Positions 7,858-30,233 of a stretch of 64,000 nt of DNA are shown here, one piece after another (position 1 is the stretch's first letter; every line of letters starts with the position of its first letter). The position numbers were made by a program, and so were the translations under genes. Below the pieces are notes generated by a model that had not been told where the DNA came from, ran no database searches, and saw nothing but the letters and a program-made list of their open reading frames with translations. The stretch is from the IMG/VR virus record IMGVR_UViG_3300027708_000012, positions 186,001-250,000 of that record; one strand, written 5' to 3'.

Positions 7858-10733
7858 ACTGTTATCCTGTTATTCTTAAATATTAGATATTTATCGTCGG
7901 TATATCCTGCCGCCGAAGTTATTGTATATCTATCAATTGTGTAATCTATTTTGGTAAAATCAAAACCGCTATGTTTGATATTTAATAAAATAGTATCTGC
8001 TGTTCCAACCTTACAGAAACATAGTGGTATAGCTAGTATGTATCCTAGTTGTTGTTTTTGTCCTGCTGGAATGGACCGCATCCATAGCGGCAAATAGTTT
8101 CTTTCAGTTTTTGCCAATATAGGAGTTCCATCTACAGTATAGCTATTAATAGCTGTGCTAATTCTTTCTTGCCAATTTGTAATACTACTAGGGAAATATG
8201 TATTAGGCTCGGGCGTATTGGTTTGATATCCTGTGCTGTCTACTGTGATATTATAATCAGGCCGATTAACAAACGGAGCATTAACTTTTAAAGAGTCTAA
8301 TTCAAATTGTTCAAAAGTTGTAGGATTTCTTACTTGCTCGAACGTGTGCGGATCTAATACAATTTTTCCATGTTCGTCTAGTACTTTATGAACTTCAAAT
8401 CCTTTTTGCCAAATTGAGTTGCTTATATCTGCAGTAATGTTTTCTGAAGAATTATTGGACCTAATTGATAATGGTAAATGTTTTCCATTAGGTTCTAGAG
8501 GATCAACCATTTGTATATAAACTACTTCATATACTGATTCATTAGATACTGGATCTACAGCTATTGATTTTTGTATACTTTTAAATTGAAATCGTTTACG
8601 CTTAGTGTTTAAGCCCATAGCCCCAACAATAGATGCAGCTGATTGCGCTTCTATTCCAGCATATACCAACATTGTTAGTGATGTCTGCATACCAAAATTT
8701 GTATCTGTTGGTCTGTATATACTTGATGGTGTAAATACGGTTGGATTATTAATAAAACTTTTAAATAAATCTCTTTGTTCAGGAATCAAATATGGTCTTA
8801 CTGTGATGTTGTTATAAACAATATCGTTAGGGCTACTAATTGTAATTGTAAATTCTTTAGTAATTGCACTGTACCCATATTGATCTGCAGACTCGACACT
8901 GAATGTATAGGTTCTATCTACTGTGGTAGTATTTCTATCAAATGTAGTAGTTCTAGAATCAAATGTTATTAGTCCTAGTGTATCTGTATTTGCATTATAA
9001 AATTGATTCGGTATGCCAACTAGCTCGCCATCTAATTTTAAATGTATTCCTGGCGGCAAACTTCCTTTAACTACTGTATACGTAACTTTTGCACCTGCCA
9101 CAGATGTTTCAGCCAATAGACGAAGTGTGCAAATATAATCTGCAGGAATAGTTCCTAAATTACGTGGACTAATCCAAGTAATTTGACTATGGATACTTCC
9201 TAATATAGTTAAATTAAACTCTTTGCTACTACTAACTAATTCTTCACTACTATCGCCGATTCGGGTTGCTGTAATTGTAAATGTAAACTTTTCTGTAACA
9301 CTGGGTTGATATGGAACCATTCCATATAAATCTCCTGTTAGCGGGTCAAAATCAACTCCGGTAGGAAATTTACATAGTGTTCCTATATAAAATGCTGTAT
9401 TATTTGGAATACTAATTAATAGATTAGATGTTAGTGTTAATCTATATCGCGTGTTACTTAATTTATCAACTTGTATTATTTGATATAAATGGTCATACGC
9501 ACCCTCAACATAATTATTAAGAGTAAACCACTGACCAATTTTTGGAGCAACTGACACATTATCTACTGTAACATGATTGCTTGTAATAATATTATCAAGG
9601 CCATTTATTTGATAAGCTACAGCATATGTTTCGTGGTTAGTTGGTTCTTTTCTAAAAGTTACACCGGTATTATCATATAATGCTACAGGTACTGTAAGGT
9701 AATTATTAGATCTAAATGTTCCTAAATTACTATTTGTTAACCACTGGGGGTTTCTTACATAGGTACTATCTGCGGTAAACGCATCGGCTTGACCATCTAA
9801 AATAGTTGCATCGGCTCTGAATTCGTCTGTTCCTGCAACAAATATTTTAAAAATTCGTTGTGCGTTACTAACACCATCTGTTACAGTTACTTTAAACTGA
9901 TAATTTAAACTTAATGAATGATTTATTGATGCCGGGATATTGTAATCAAACATTACGGTATCGTACTGATAGCTATTAAAACTATTAGTATCACCGCTAA
10001 CGTCAGCAACATTCATTAAACTATTAGTTCCAGTTATCTTTGGTATGGGCAAGATATATCCACTGATAAGTCCAGAATTACTTAAAGTTAGCCCTGGCGG
10101 TAAACTTCCATCTCCGCTGGCTATAAAAAAACGTAATTCTCTATTTGTGGCAATACTTAAATCTATAACTTCTAATTGATATTCTATGTAGGTTTGATCT
10201 GTAGTATAAAATTGTTTGTTTGGACCAACAGGCAAATTTCCAGCAGATGTAATAAATGTTGGACGATGATTACTATTGATTGACATAAAGAATGTTCTGT
10301 CCGCAAAACCGGATGCAGTAACATTAACAGAATTGATGTTTTCTGTAGTGCTAACTCCAAATGTTCCGTTGTGATGGTCGGATGTAATATATGTCCCAGC
10401 AGGAATACCAGTTCCTGACAATTTCATACCAACTAAAAATGTTCCAGAAACAACTGTTCTTGGAATAAATGCACCTCCAGAAAAGGTACTATTTTTACTA
10501 CTAGCACTTGCTGACGCTCTTATACAAAATTCAAATTTAGTAAAATACGCAACAATGTACGGGCTACCAAGAATATGATTTCCTTTGATATATAACCCTC
10601 CTGGCAATTTACCAGAGATTACATTATAATTTACTCCCGAATCATTTGTTACCGGCAATGGAATATTTACGGTGCGTTCTTCTGTGAGAACTCCAAAATT
10701 ATAACCCGATTCTTTATTCCAAATTTTTAGCAT
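7854..10733 (-). CDS. Baseplate wedge-like structural protein with Ig-like repeats
   Basis: 959 aa; repeated SGxLPxGLxL / YxFxVxxxD Ig-like segments; lies in the structural module. Confidence 0.65.
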   Translation of the reverse strand: MLKIWNKESGYNFGVLTEERTVNIPLPVTNDSGVNYNVISGKLPGGLYIKGNHILGSPYIVAYFTKFEFCIRASASASSKNSTFSGGAFIPRTVVSGTFLVGMKLSGTGIPAGTYITSDHHNGTFGVSTTENINSVNVTASGFADRTFFMSINSNHRPTFITSAGNLPVGPNKQFYTTDQTYIEYQLEVIDLSIATNRELRFFIASGDGSLPPGLTLSNSGLISGYILPIPKITGTNSLMNVADVSGDTNSFNSYQYDTVMFDYNIPASINHSLSLNYQFKVTVTDGVSNAQRIFKIFVAGTDEFRADATILDGQADAFTADSTYVRNPQWLTNSNLGTFRSNNYLTVPVALYDNTGVTFRKEPTNHETYAVAYQINGLDNIITSNHVTVDNVSVAPKIGQWFTLNNYVEGAYDHLYQIIQVDKLSNTRYRLTLTSNLLISIPNNTAFYIGTLCKFPTGVDFDPLTGDLYGMVPYQPSVTEKFTFTITATRIGDSSEELVSSSKEFNLTILGSIHSQITWISPRNLGTIPADYICTLRLLAETSVAGAKVTYTVVKGSLPPGIHLKLDGELVGIPNQFYNANTDTLGLITFDSRTTTFDRNTTTVDRTYTFSVESADQYGYSAITKEFTITISSPNDIVYNNITVRPYLIPEQRDLFKSFINNPTVFTPSSIYRPTDTNFGMQTSLTMLVYAGIEAQSAASIVGAMGLNTKRKRFQFKSIQKSIAVDPVSNESVYEVVYIQMVDPLEPNGKHLPLSIRSNNSSENITADISNSIWQKGFEVHKVLDEHGKIVLDPHTFEQVRNPTTFEQFELDSLKVNAPFVNRPDYNITVDSTGYQTNTPEPNTYFPSSITNWQERISTAINSYTVDGTPILAKTERNYLPLWMRSIPAGQKQQLGYILAIPLCFCKVGTADTILLNIKHSGFDFTKIDYTIDRYTITSAAGYTDDKYLIFKNNRITV

Positions 10734-10742
10734 GAATGAACC

Positions 10743-11741
10743 TTACTTGATTAAAACAGCAGAAAAAACAGTTCCGGCATTTGCTTGTAAAACTTGTCCT
10801 GAACTAGAACTTGTAAAAGCTGCCAAAGATACATAATCGTTGATACCATTTAGATAAACTGGAAAAGACATTGGTACTGTTCTATTAACATTTGTATTAA
10901 CTTGATTTTCATTTAAATGAACAGAACTAGTATTTTTTAAAATTTTTACATACATTGAACCTGTTCCTAACCCAGATGCAAATGTTACAGAATAAGATAT
11001 ATTATACCAACCTGGCATGTTTGGGCGAAACTTATTATTTGAAAACCAAACGTTTACATCTGACTGTGCAGATAATGTTATAACTGTTTCACTGTTAGTT
11101 GGTATAGTTTGTACTGAAGTTAAACTAGCAGTTGTTACTGTGGTACTAACTGGCACAACTTCGGTACGAGCTAGCTCTCCAAAATCGTAATCGTTTTCTA
11201 GCGGATTATTGAATCCACTAAGAACTCCAGTGCCATTTAAATCGATAGTATAGCCTTTAGGATAATTTTGAAATCCTGTAGGATATGTAATTGTTCCTAG
11301 ATCTAAATCTAAACGATTGCTAGATAGTAGTGTTGATAAAATATTATTTGAGACAGGAAAATCTAAACCATATATCGTACTATGTGTGTCACCGCCGTAG
11401 GTATAATTTCCGTTAAGATTTAAATTACCTGAAAGTTTAGGAGTACTGTCATTTTCTAATTTTGTAACTGATGATAAATGTATATGATTACTATTACTTG
11501 TATCTACAATTATAGTGGTATCAGTTGTTATTGTTTTAAATTCTAAATTTAAATTAGATGTATTTTTTCCAGTAAGTATGGCCGCGCCATTTCCAAGATT
11601 AGTTCCATTAAGTACGGCACCTTCATCAAATAAGGTTTTGAAATTATCATTAACTTTAAGAAATGCCGTACGTAAATCATCTCCAGTACCGTCGTTTGGA
11701 TAAGTTCCTAACTTTATTTCTTTTAATGTTGGTATTGTCAT
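10743..11741 (-). CDS. Tail fibre/baseplate protein with T4 gp10-like N-terminal motif
   Basis: LGTYPNDGTGDDLRTAFLKVNDNF; PKLSGNLNLNG; C1q/TNF-like-looking C-terminus. Confidence 0.7.
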   Translation of the reverse strand: MTIPTLKEIKLGTYPNDGTGDDLRTAFLKVNDNFKTLFDEGAVLNGTNLGNGAAILTGKNTSNLNLEFKTITTDTTIIVDTSNSNHIHLSSVTKLENDSTPKLSGNLNLNGNYTYGGDTHSTIYGLDFPVSNNILSTLLSSNRLDLDLGTITYPTGFQNYPKGYTIDLNGTGVLSGFNNPLENDYDFGELARTEVVPVSTTVTTASLTSVQTIPTNSETVITLSAQSDVNVWFSNNKFRPNMPGWYNISYSVTFASGLGTGSMYVKILKNTSSVHLNENQVNTNVNRTVPMSFPVYLNGINDYVSLAAFTSSSSGQVLQANAGTVFSAVLIK

Positions 11742-11816
11742 AATCCGCTCTCTTTAGTATATTTACCCGTTTTTAAACATTGAATCTGTTGCGTAACGCT
11801 GTGTAGTTTTGTCTCA

Positions 11817-14800
11817 TTATACCAATCTCTCAATTGAAATCATATTGTTGTTGTAAGCGCCACCAATCATCACAGTAATGCGATAGGCTTTGGTGTAGGC
11901 GTAATTCAGTACATAGGTTGCAACGTCACCTTCGCCGGGAAAGTTCCATGAAAAAATTGATGCGCTTGGGGCTGTTGTCATTGAAAAACCAGCAGATGCT
12001 CCGCCAGAACCGACACCCGAGCCATAAGTACCACCTATATAACAAGTTGCTGTTCCGGATACTGTGGCCAAACTCAATCCACGCTGACCGCCGGTTGTCA
12101 CTGTGGCTTTGATATTGTCCATTGTGACAAATGTACCAGCATTGACAAAAGCACTTACACGATTGTTTAGCAGTGTTCCTACACCGGCCGCTGCTTGTGA
12201 AAGATCAATATAAGCGCCGCGAGTTGTGCCACCAGCTTCAAAGAATCTAATTCTATCGATATACTGGTCAATAACAACTTGACTGCCGCTTAGACTAGAA
12301 TTTGGTGATTTTGCTAGATCGACTTCTCCACCTTCGTCACCACTGGCATTTGTTGATACCAAAATACTGCCAGTGGCATTACCAGCAGGTCCTTGTGGGC
12401 CTGTAGCGCCTGTGTCGCCTTTATCGCCTTTTGGTCCTGTAGTTAAAGTTGGTTTGTTAGTCAAGTCATCGTAATTGCCACTGAATGGAGCGGCTACACT
12501 GATAGTACCATCCAATGTCACACTGATATTAGAGCCAACCTTAACACCGCCTAATACACTTGATGTAGCTGCTGGTAGTGTGTATGTGGTGCCACCATAT
12601 GTGCTACCATCACTATTTTTAATAACACCGCTTGCGGGCAATGTCAAATTACCACCCACGCCAAAGATCCAACCTCGTGAATTGTCCACATCTGTCATTA
12701 TCACTATGTCAGCATTGTCTGATTTGAGTGAGAATGCACCCCAGGTTTGTGTTCTAATAATACTTTGATCCGGCAACTTTGTTGTACCATCTGTGCCAAA
12801 GGTCCAAGTTTCTTGACCAGCTTTTAATACCAAATCTTCACTGTTAGAAATATCTCCAGCAACAGTTAGTCCAAATGGCAAGTATGTTTGTCCGCTACCA
12901 GCATCAAAACTCCAGTGTTTCCCATTAAGGTCCACATTAAAATCAGTGTCGCCAGTTGCAAAAAATCCACCACTACTACCGGATATGTTTATGGCGGAAG
13001 TTTCTGGTAATGTTAGCGAGCCATCTGTGCCAAAGGTCCATGTTTTCTTGCCACCGCCAATATTATCAGTAAATGAATTTAATTCAAATCCGCCAACTGC
13101 GTCGGCCTGGAATATTCCATCTCCGTATATATTAGTGCCATTGGGCAGGCTCAGTGTGCCATCTGTGCCAAACTCCCAGTAGTTTCCAACTTCAGTGTCT
13201 ATGTTGCCTGTAAAAATGTTCAAACCGTTGCCGGCTATAACACCACCTGGTGGCATGATAAATCTGCCAACTGTATCGGTATCAAACACAAAGGTATGAC
13301 CTTTAGATTCAATATTGACATTGTTAGTGGCAAACAGGTTAAGATTACCAGAGGCTGATTTAATAGTTGAGTCGGCTGGTACGGTCAAAGTGCCATCAGT
13401 TCCAAAAGTCCAATCGTTACTATTAGATGTAAGTTTAATAGCGTTGAGTGAATTGATAGTTGAAGGACTTACAGGAGGCGCACTACACTCGACATTTGCG
13501 GTCCATCCAGCAAAGCCAGGATATTCTACATTGTTTAATACAATAGTAAGAGTATATCCAGCTATGCCGTGAGCGGTTTCAGTAAAGGTATAAGTATCAC
13601 CAGTTTTATAACCTGGATTGTTTTGTATAGGGAATATCTGTGCCACTGTGGTGGATACCACATCATGGGCATCTGCGGTAAAGGTCACATCCAAGGTCCA
13701 AGCATCGCCGCCATATGGTCCAATGTCTGGTGCAAACCCGTACACTGGCAACAGTACCGCAGAAAATGTTTTGCTCCATGTTTTGGTCGGAACTGTTAAT
13801 GAGCCGTTATTATCAAATGTCCAAGTGTAAGCAGTATCAAGCGCATTAGTTGTTAGTTCAACATTATATCCAATCCTAACATTTGTCTTTGGTCCATTGC
13901 CTACAACATCTAAACTGTATAAATTCAAAGTGCTTTCCGAAGAGGAAATGCTGGCCCAGTTATATCCTTCCCAGTTGAAATTGATAGCACCGTTACCACC
14001 AAGACTGCCGTCTGGCATTGTCAATACACCATCTGTGCCAAAGGTCCACGCCTGATAAGAACCTGTGTTATCAAAGCGAGTATTGATTAAAAAATCTGTT
14101 CCGTTTGGACCAAAGATACCAGCAGAGCCTTCTAGAGATCCAATCAATGTACCATTAGGGAATGTTAGATAACCATCTGTGCCAAAGGTCCAAATGCTTG
14201 GATCCATAACATCATTGGAATTTAGTGTTGCTATTTCTACAGTAGCATCTGTTTGAGTTGGTTGTAGTCTAGTGTTATTGCTATAAGCACCTATTTCAAA
14301 ATTGCCGTTGAGAGTTAGTCTATCGTTAGAATTACCAATAACAAGCCCTCCCGGCAATGTTGTAGTACCATCTGTGCCAAAAGTCCAAAAATTTTGATTA
14401 CTGTTAATTCTTATAGGGCTAGCACTTTGTAGTAATGCTCCAAGACCATCCGATCCGTTAGGAAGGTTTAGGTATCCATCTACGCCGAGACTTACTGTAT
14501 AATCACCATTTACTAAGGTTGATCCATTTCCAACACTAGGTGTATTCCAACTCAATGTGCCTGTACCATTGTTGTACAAGTAACCAGCTGTGCTGGTAGG
14601 TAACACAGCAAAGTTAGGTGCATTTGTGATGTTGTTCCATGTTAAGGAAGTACTGGTAATATAATTGGCATCGTTGGTAAAAGTACTCACATTGGTGGGC
14701 TTGTTTTTAATATAGTCAATGTGTGTTGAATCAGTTTCATTCCAATCAGCTTGTGTTTGATTGGGAATACTGATAACACCATTTAAGTCCACATTGATAT

Positions 14801-14981
14801 TTGTACCAACAGTAACACCGCCCAATCTGCTATTGCTAGCCGGAGGAAGTATGTAACCAATGCTACCAGCTTGCGCACCCTCTACAGTCCACTTCTCTCC
14901 ATCCCAGGTGTAGGTAATTCCGTTTTGTGCAAAAAAAGTTTGCCCTTGGTATGTAGGTGTTGGAAAACTTAGTATAGTCAT
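11817..14981 (-). CDS. Tail fibre protein with WTFGTDG repeats and a collagen-like stretch
   Basis: About 10-12 WxFxxDGxLxxP units; GPKGDKGDTGATGPQGPAGN. Confidence 0.8.
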   Translation of the reverse strand: MTILSFPTPTYQGQTFFAQNGITYTWDGEKWTVEGAQAGSIGYILPPASNSRLGGVTVGTNINVDLNGVISIPNQTQADWNETDSTHIDYIKNKPTNVSTFTNDANYITSTSLTWNNITNAPNFAVLPTSTAGYLYNNGTGTLSWNTPSVGNGSTLVNGDYTVSLGVDGYLNLPNGSDGLGALLQSASPIRINSNQNFWTFGTDGTTTLPGGLVIGNSNDRLTLNGNFEIGAYSNNTRLQPTQTDATVEIATLNSNDVMDPSIWTFGTDGYLTFPNGTLIGSLEGSAGIFGPNGTDFLINTRFDNTGSYQAWTFGTDGVLTMPDGSLGGNGAINFNWEGYNWASISSSESTLNLYSLDVVGNGPKTNVRIGYNVELTTNALDTAYTWTFDNNGSLTVPTKTWSKTFSAVLLPVYGFAPDIGPYGGDAWTLDVTFTADAHDVVSTTVAQIFPIQNNPGYKTGDTYTFTETAHGIAGYTLTIVLNNVEYPGFAGWTANVECSAPPVSPSTINSLNAIKLTSNSNDWTFGTDGTLTVPADSTIKSASGNLNLFATNNVNIESKGHTFVFDTDTVGRFIMPPGGVIAGNGLNIFTGNIDTEVGNYWEFGTDGTLSLPNGTNIYGDGIFQADAVGGFELNSFTDNIGGGKKTWTFGTDGSLTLPETSAINISGSSGGFFATGDTDFNVDLNGKHWSFDAGSGQTYLPFGLTVAGDISNSEDLVLKAGQETWTFGTDGTTKLPDQSIIRTQTWGAFSLKSDNADIVIMTDVDNSRGWIFGVGGNLTLPASGVIKNSDGSTYGGTTYTLPAATSSVLGGVKVGSNISVTLDGTISVAAPFSGNYDDLTNKPTLTTGPKGDKGDTGATGPQGPAGNATGSILVSTNASGDEGGEVDLAKSPNSSLSGSQVVIDQYIDRIRFFEAGGTTRGAYIDLSQAAAGVGTLLNNRVSAFVNAGTFVTMDNIKATVTTGGQRGLSLATVSGTATCYIGGTYGSGVGSGGASAGFSMTTAPSASIFSWNFPGEGDVATYVLNYAYTKAYRITVMIGGAYNNNMISIERLV
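12787..14387. repeat. Dispersed 20-bp repeat CCATCTGTGCCAAAGGTCCA
   Basis: Exact at 12787, 13021, 14029, 14173; 1-3 mismatches at 14368, 13159, 13393. Confidence 0.85.
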
Positions 14982-14993
14982 TATAGGTCCTTA

Positions 14994-15505
14994 TTACCAA
15001 TTATTGTTATTATCAAATGCTATTCTGCGCCAAATTGGTGTGCCCAGGCCTTGCCAAGTTGCTGTACAGAAATAATAATAGTTGTCATCTGCACTCCATT
15101 CGCCTTGTGTATCGCCACTAGCACCTTCTGCATGCTCGGGAGGAATTGCCTTCCATTGGCTTAGAGGAGGACTAGCTTCGACCCAGTGATTTTGATAGTA
15201 CACAAATAACCTACCACTTTGATCATCATACCATATATTATTTTGACTAGGATTACCAGGAGGACTAGCATCTAATGTAATTACAGCATTACCAAACGCA
15301 TCAGGAATCAGTAAGTAACCAGTTCCCGATCCGTTAACAGCTAATAATTTATTAGCGTCCCCTATTCCAGGAGCTGGCACTACACCAGTTCCTAAACTGG
15401 CGTATAACTCATCAAAGTTATTATTGCATTTTATAAAAGCGGTTCGTATAGCATCCCCGGCTTTGTCATTTGCACTTGCACCAACTAGTATATTTTGTTT
15501 AGACA

Positions 15506-15506
<1 letters not shown>
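14994..15506 (-). CDS. Short fibre/adaptor protein with T4 gp10-like N-terminal motif
   Basis: VGASANDKAGDAIRTAFIKCNNNFDELY; NIWYDDQSGRLFVYY module. Confidence 0.7.
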
Positions 15507-27535
<12,029 letters not shown>

Positions 27536-27539
27536 TTAT

Positions 27540-27866
27540 TTAAACTCCAAAGCTAGAACCACATCCGCAAGTTGTAGTTGCGTTAGGATTCTTTATGCTG
27601 AATGTGCTACCCATTAATTCTTCTTTATAGTCTATTTCTGCACCTGTGAGGTATTGCATGCTCATTGCATCTACAAGTACTTTAAAACTGCCTGTTAGCG
27701 GAATTTCAAAATCGTCTTCATTTACTATTTCGTCAAAAGTGAATCCGTAACTAAATCCACTACACCCGCCGCCTTGGACAAATGTACGTAAAAATAAATT
27801 GGGATTGTTTTCTTCTGCTAAAAGATCTAGTATTTTTAGCTTGGCTGAATTGGAAATAGTGATCAT
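27540..27866 (-). CDS. erpA: A-type Fe-S carrier (ErpA/IscA family)
   Basis: [11 protein letters not shown] and CGCGSSF; start moved to MITISNSAK (GAGG RBS). Confidence 0.92.
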   Translation of the reverse strand: MITISNSAKLKILDLLAEENNPNLFLRTFVQGGGCSGFSYGFTFDEIVNEDDFEIPLTGSFKVLVDAMSMQYLTGAEIDYKEELMGSTFSIKNPNATTTCGCGSSFGV

Positions 27867-27921
27867 GATTGCCCTCGATAGAGTATTTATCAAAAGATTT
27901 TTATAATCTTAATGTAAATAC

Positions 27922-28212
27922 ATGATGTTCATAGGCACTGAATTTCGTCAAACACAACACGTGAGAACTAGTAAACGTGGTAAACATCACACTTATAGTC
28001 GTAATAAGACTGTATTGGTACTTCAGTGTGATTGTTGCGGAGAAGTGTTTAACCGAGATAAAGGATCTATGGATCCTAATCGATTAACAAATAATGTTTA
28101 CCATGTATGCAGCAAATGCGATATTAAAAAATTTGCACAAAGTAAAGGCGTTGAAAGTAGGAATGTATGGAGTATTCCTGCCAGTAGCCTTAAGACCGTA
28201 GACCAACTCTAG
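27922..28212 (+). CDS. Small zinc-binding hypothetical protein
   Basis: CDCC and CSKC pairs; TAAATA upstream at 27915-27920. Confidence 0.7.
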   Translation: MMFIGTEFRQTQHVRTSKRGKHHTYSRNKTVLVLQCDCCGEVFNRDKGSMDPNRLTNNVYHVCSKCDIKKFAQSKGVESRNVWSIPASSLKTVDQL

Positions 28213-28750
28213 AGCTGACAATATTCCAGTTGATAATTTTCCATTGGTTATTTAGGTAGCTTTTTTTATCAGCCTGGTAATCTAATGCCCAGGCATGTTC
28301 CCACCAATCAATTAACAATACAATATCTAGTTTTATTTGATGATTTTTAATTGTTTTGATAGTACCATCACTTGCCAAATATATCCAACCGCTACCTTGT
28401 ATTTTCATTGCTTCTTTTTGGAAATCATCCTTGAATTTATCAAAACTTTTAAAATATTTGTTGATAAAATTTTCAGCAATATTTGTGGGTTGATTGGATG
28501 CCTGTGGTGCTTGGTATTGTGTGAACAAAATATGGTGTAAAAACGCACCCGCTTCATTGAAGTCTGCATCGCCTTCGCCGTTGTTAAAACGGTCAACATA
28601 GCCCTTGTACAGTTTTCCATAATGATATTTCATAGTATCTTCGGATATAGCAGGCTCCAATTCGTCCTTTTTGTAGGGAAGAATTGCTTGCTCTAGTGTC
28701 TTAGGAGCATGGCCTTCATTTAAACTAACATAACGAATAAAGTTGTACAT
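28190..28750 (-). CDS. sod: Fe/Mn superoxide dismutase
   Basis: YHYGK, FLHHILF, GSGWIYL, DWWEHAWALDY; four metal ligands plausible. Confidence 0.9.
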   Translation of the reverse strand: MYNFIRYVSLNEGHAPKTLEQAILPYKKDELEPAISEDTMKYHYGKLYKGYVDRFNNGEGDADFNEAGAFLHHILFTQYQAPQASNQPTNIAENFINKYFKSFDKFKDDFQKEAMKIQGSGWIYLASDGTIKTIKNHQIKLDIVLLIDWWEHAWALDYQADKKSYLNNQWKIINWNIVSSRVGLRS

Positions 28751-28755
28751 AATGA

Positions 28756-28773
28756 TATTTATCAGTATAAATA
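28756..28773. promoter_or_regulatory. Back-to-back divergent late-type promoters
   Basis: TAAATA on minus strand (28761-28756) and TATAAATA on plus strand (28766-28773). Confidence 0.6.
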
Positions 28774-28794
28774 ATCCACAAGGAGGAACATATT

Positions 28795-29085
28795 ATGTTC
28801 AAAAAAATCAAAGAGTTTTTCGTAGGAAAACCAAAAGAAGTTGCTGTTGAAGCACCTTATAAAACTGAATCTGCCAATGAATCAGTTTTAACAGTTGTGC
28901 CAGCAGGTACTGAGGCTTCTGTTGCTGCTCCAACGCAAGTTGCTCCAGTTACTCTAGCTGTAGAAGGTGCCGGTGCAGTCGAAGCTCCAGCTGAAAAGCC
29001 AGTTAAAGCCAAAAAGACACCAGCAGCTAAAAAAGCACCTGCGGCTAAGAAGCCACGTGCGCCTAAAAAGCCTAAAGCAGAGTAA
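28795..29085 (+). CDS. Small protein with Lys/Ala/Pro-rich (histone H1-like) tail
   Basis: AKKTPAAKKAPAAKKPRAPKKPKAE; AGGAGG RBS. Confidence 0.75.
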   Translation: MFKKIKEFFVGKPKEVAVEAPYKTESANESVLTVVPAGTEASVAAPTQVAPVTLAVEGAGAVEAPAEKPVKAKKTPAAKKAPAAKKPRAPKKPKAE

Positions 29086-29316
29086 TTAAAACTTAGATAA
29101 TTGGCTAGAATAGTTAGCCATATCTTCTTGAATCCTAACCCTTCGTTTTTCGTCGAGGTTAGGATTTTCTTCTAGCTCTTCCCTAAGAGTTTCCAACCTG
29201 TGTATTAGTTGTTCTCGAGATAGCTTTTGGCTTGATTGTACAGTTCCATGCTGGCGAGATTTTTTCCCTTGCTCTCGCACATTATGTCGAACTGGTTTAG
29301 AAAAGTTATTGCCCAT
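29086..29316 (-). CDS. Possible small coiled-coil protein overlapping the uvsE 3' end
   Basis: Fills an otherwise empty 120-bp gap but overlaps uvsE by 112 nt; start uncertain. Confidence 0.35.
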   Translation of the reverse strand: MGNNFSKPVRHNVREQGKKSRQHGTVQSSQKLSREQLIHRLETLREELEENPNLDEKRRVRIQEDMANYSSQLSKF

Positions 29317-30233
29317 TCGTTAGTTTTGTGATTCCAATAAAAGTCACTGTGTGCCCTTAGTTTTTGTTTCTTGTAGCCATCTACAAGTAACTGTGCGTGA
29401 TCAGGTGCTAGATTAGTGTCATGATTGACGAGATAATCTTCACGAGATACAGAATAATGAAGTGTAGGGCGGAGACCACGCCAACTATCCACGACACGCT
29501 TAACACGATCGTCTGTCGAAGAGATATACTCCCCTTCGCGAATCCAATGATGGTGAATATCGAGCACAATAGGAACGATATCGCTAATATCAAGACAGTC
29601 ATTTAGTCCCCATGCGTTTTCTTCGTTTTCAATTGTAATGCAATTTCTTGCTTCTGGACTGAGCCGGGCATATGCTCTGCGTATGCCTTCAGGGCCTTGC
29701 TTGCCTGAAATGTGGACATTAATTTTAAAGTCTTGGAACGATTTTCCAAAACCCATATAGCGGGCCATATCTGTGTGATATTCAAATTCATCTATGCTTC
29801 GTCCGACAATGCCTTCGTTAATGCTAGCCAGAACAACAAACTGACCAGGATGCATACTAAGACGGGTATTGCTTGCACGAGCACTATCACCAATAAGGAT
29901 AAAATTGCGTTCAAGATATTGAACCACATCGGGTCGTTGCCAAAAATAACTCCATGTTGGCTCGGTATAAGCAGGAAGAATGTCGCTACTAAGACGAACC
30001 ATCCTAAGATTTTCATTAAGTTCTCCTACACGGTCTACAAGTTTTTTTGTAGCCGCCAGATTCTGGACCATTAGATCCCAGAGCTTTTGCTCTGCAACGT
30101 CCTTCGACTGTCTATTTAACCAACTTATGGTAGTTGTACCGGTGTTGTATTGTTTAGCATCGTCGGTTGCTTTAATACCGTTGACTTGTTCAGGAGTGTC
30201 GATCCATTTACATGCAAAGCCTATACGTTTCAT
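29205..30233 (-). CDS. uvsE: UV damage endonuclease (UvsE/UVDE)
   Basis: RIGFACK, RLSSDILP, RLSMHPGQF, INVHISG, TIENEE, LDIHHHW; start moved to MKRIGF. Confidence 0.92.
   Translation of the reverse strand: MKRIGFACKWIDTPEQVNGIKATDDAKQYNTGTTTISWLNRQSKDVAEQKLWDLMVQNLAATKKLVDRVGELNENLRMVRLSSDILPAYTEPTWSYFWQRPDVVQYLERNFILIGDSARASNTRLSMHPGQFVVLASINEGIVGRSIDEFEYHTDMARYMGFGKSFQDFKINVHISGKQGPEGIRRAYARLSPEARNCITIENEENAWGLNDCLDISDIVPIVLDIHHHWIREGEYISSTDDRVKRVVDSWRGLRPTLHYSVSREDYLVNHDTNLAPDHAQLLVDGYKKQKLRAHSDFYWNHKTNEWAITFLNQFDIMCESKGKNLASMELYNQAKSYLENN

Noticed and set aside
12787-14387. CRISPR array or DGR template/variable repeats
   Set aside because: Repeats are in-frame coding motifs with irregular long spacers; mismatches are not adenine-specific; no cas gene or reverse transcriptase is in the window
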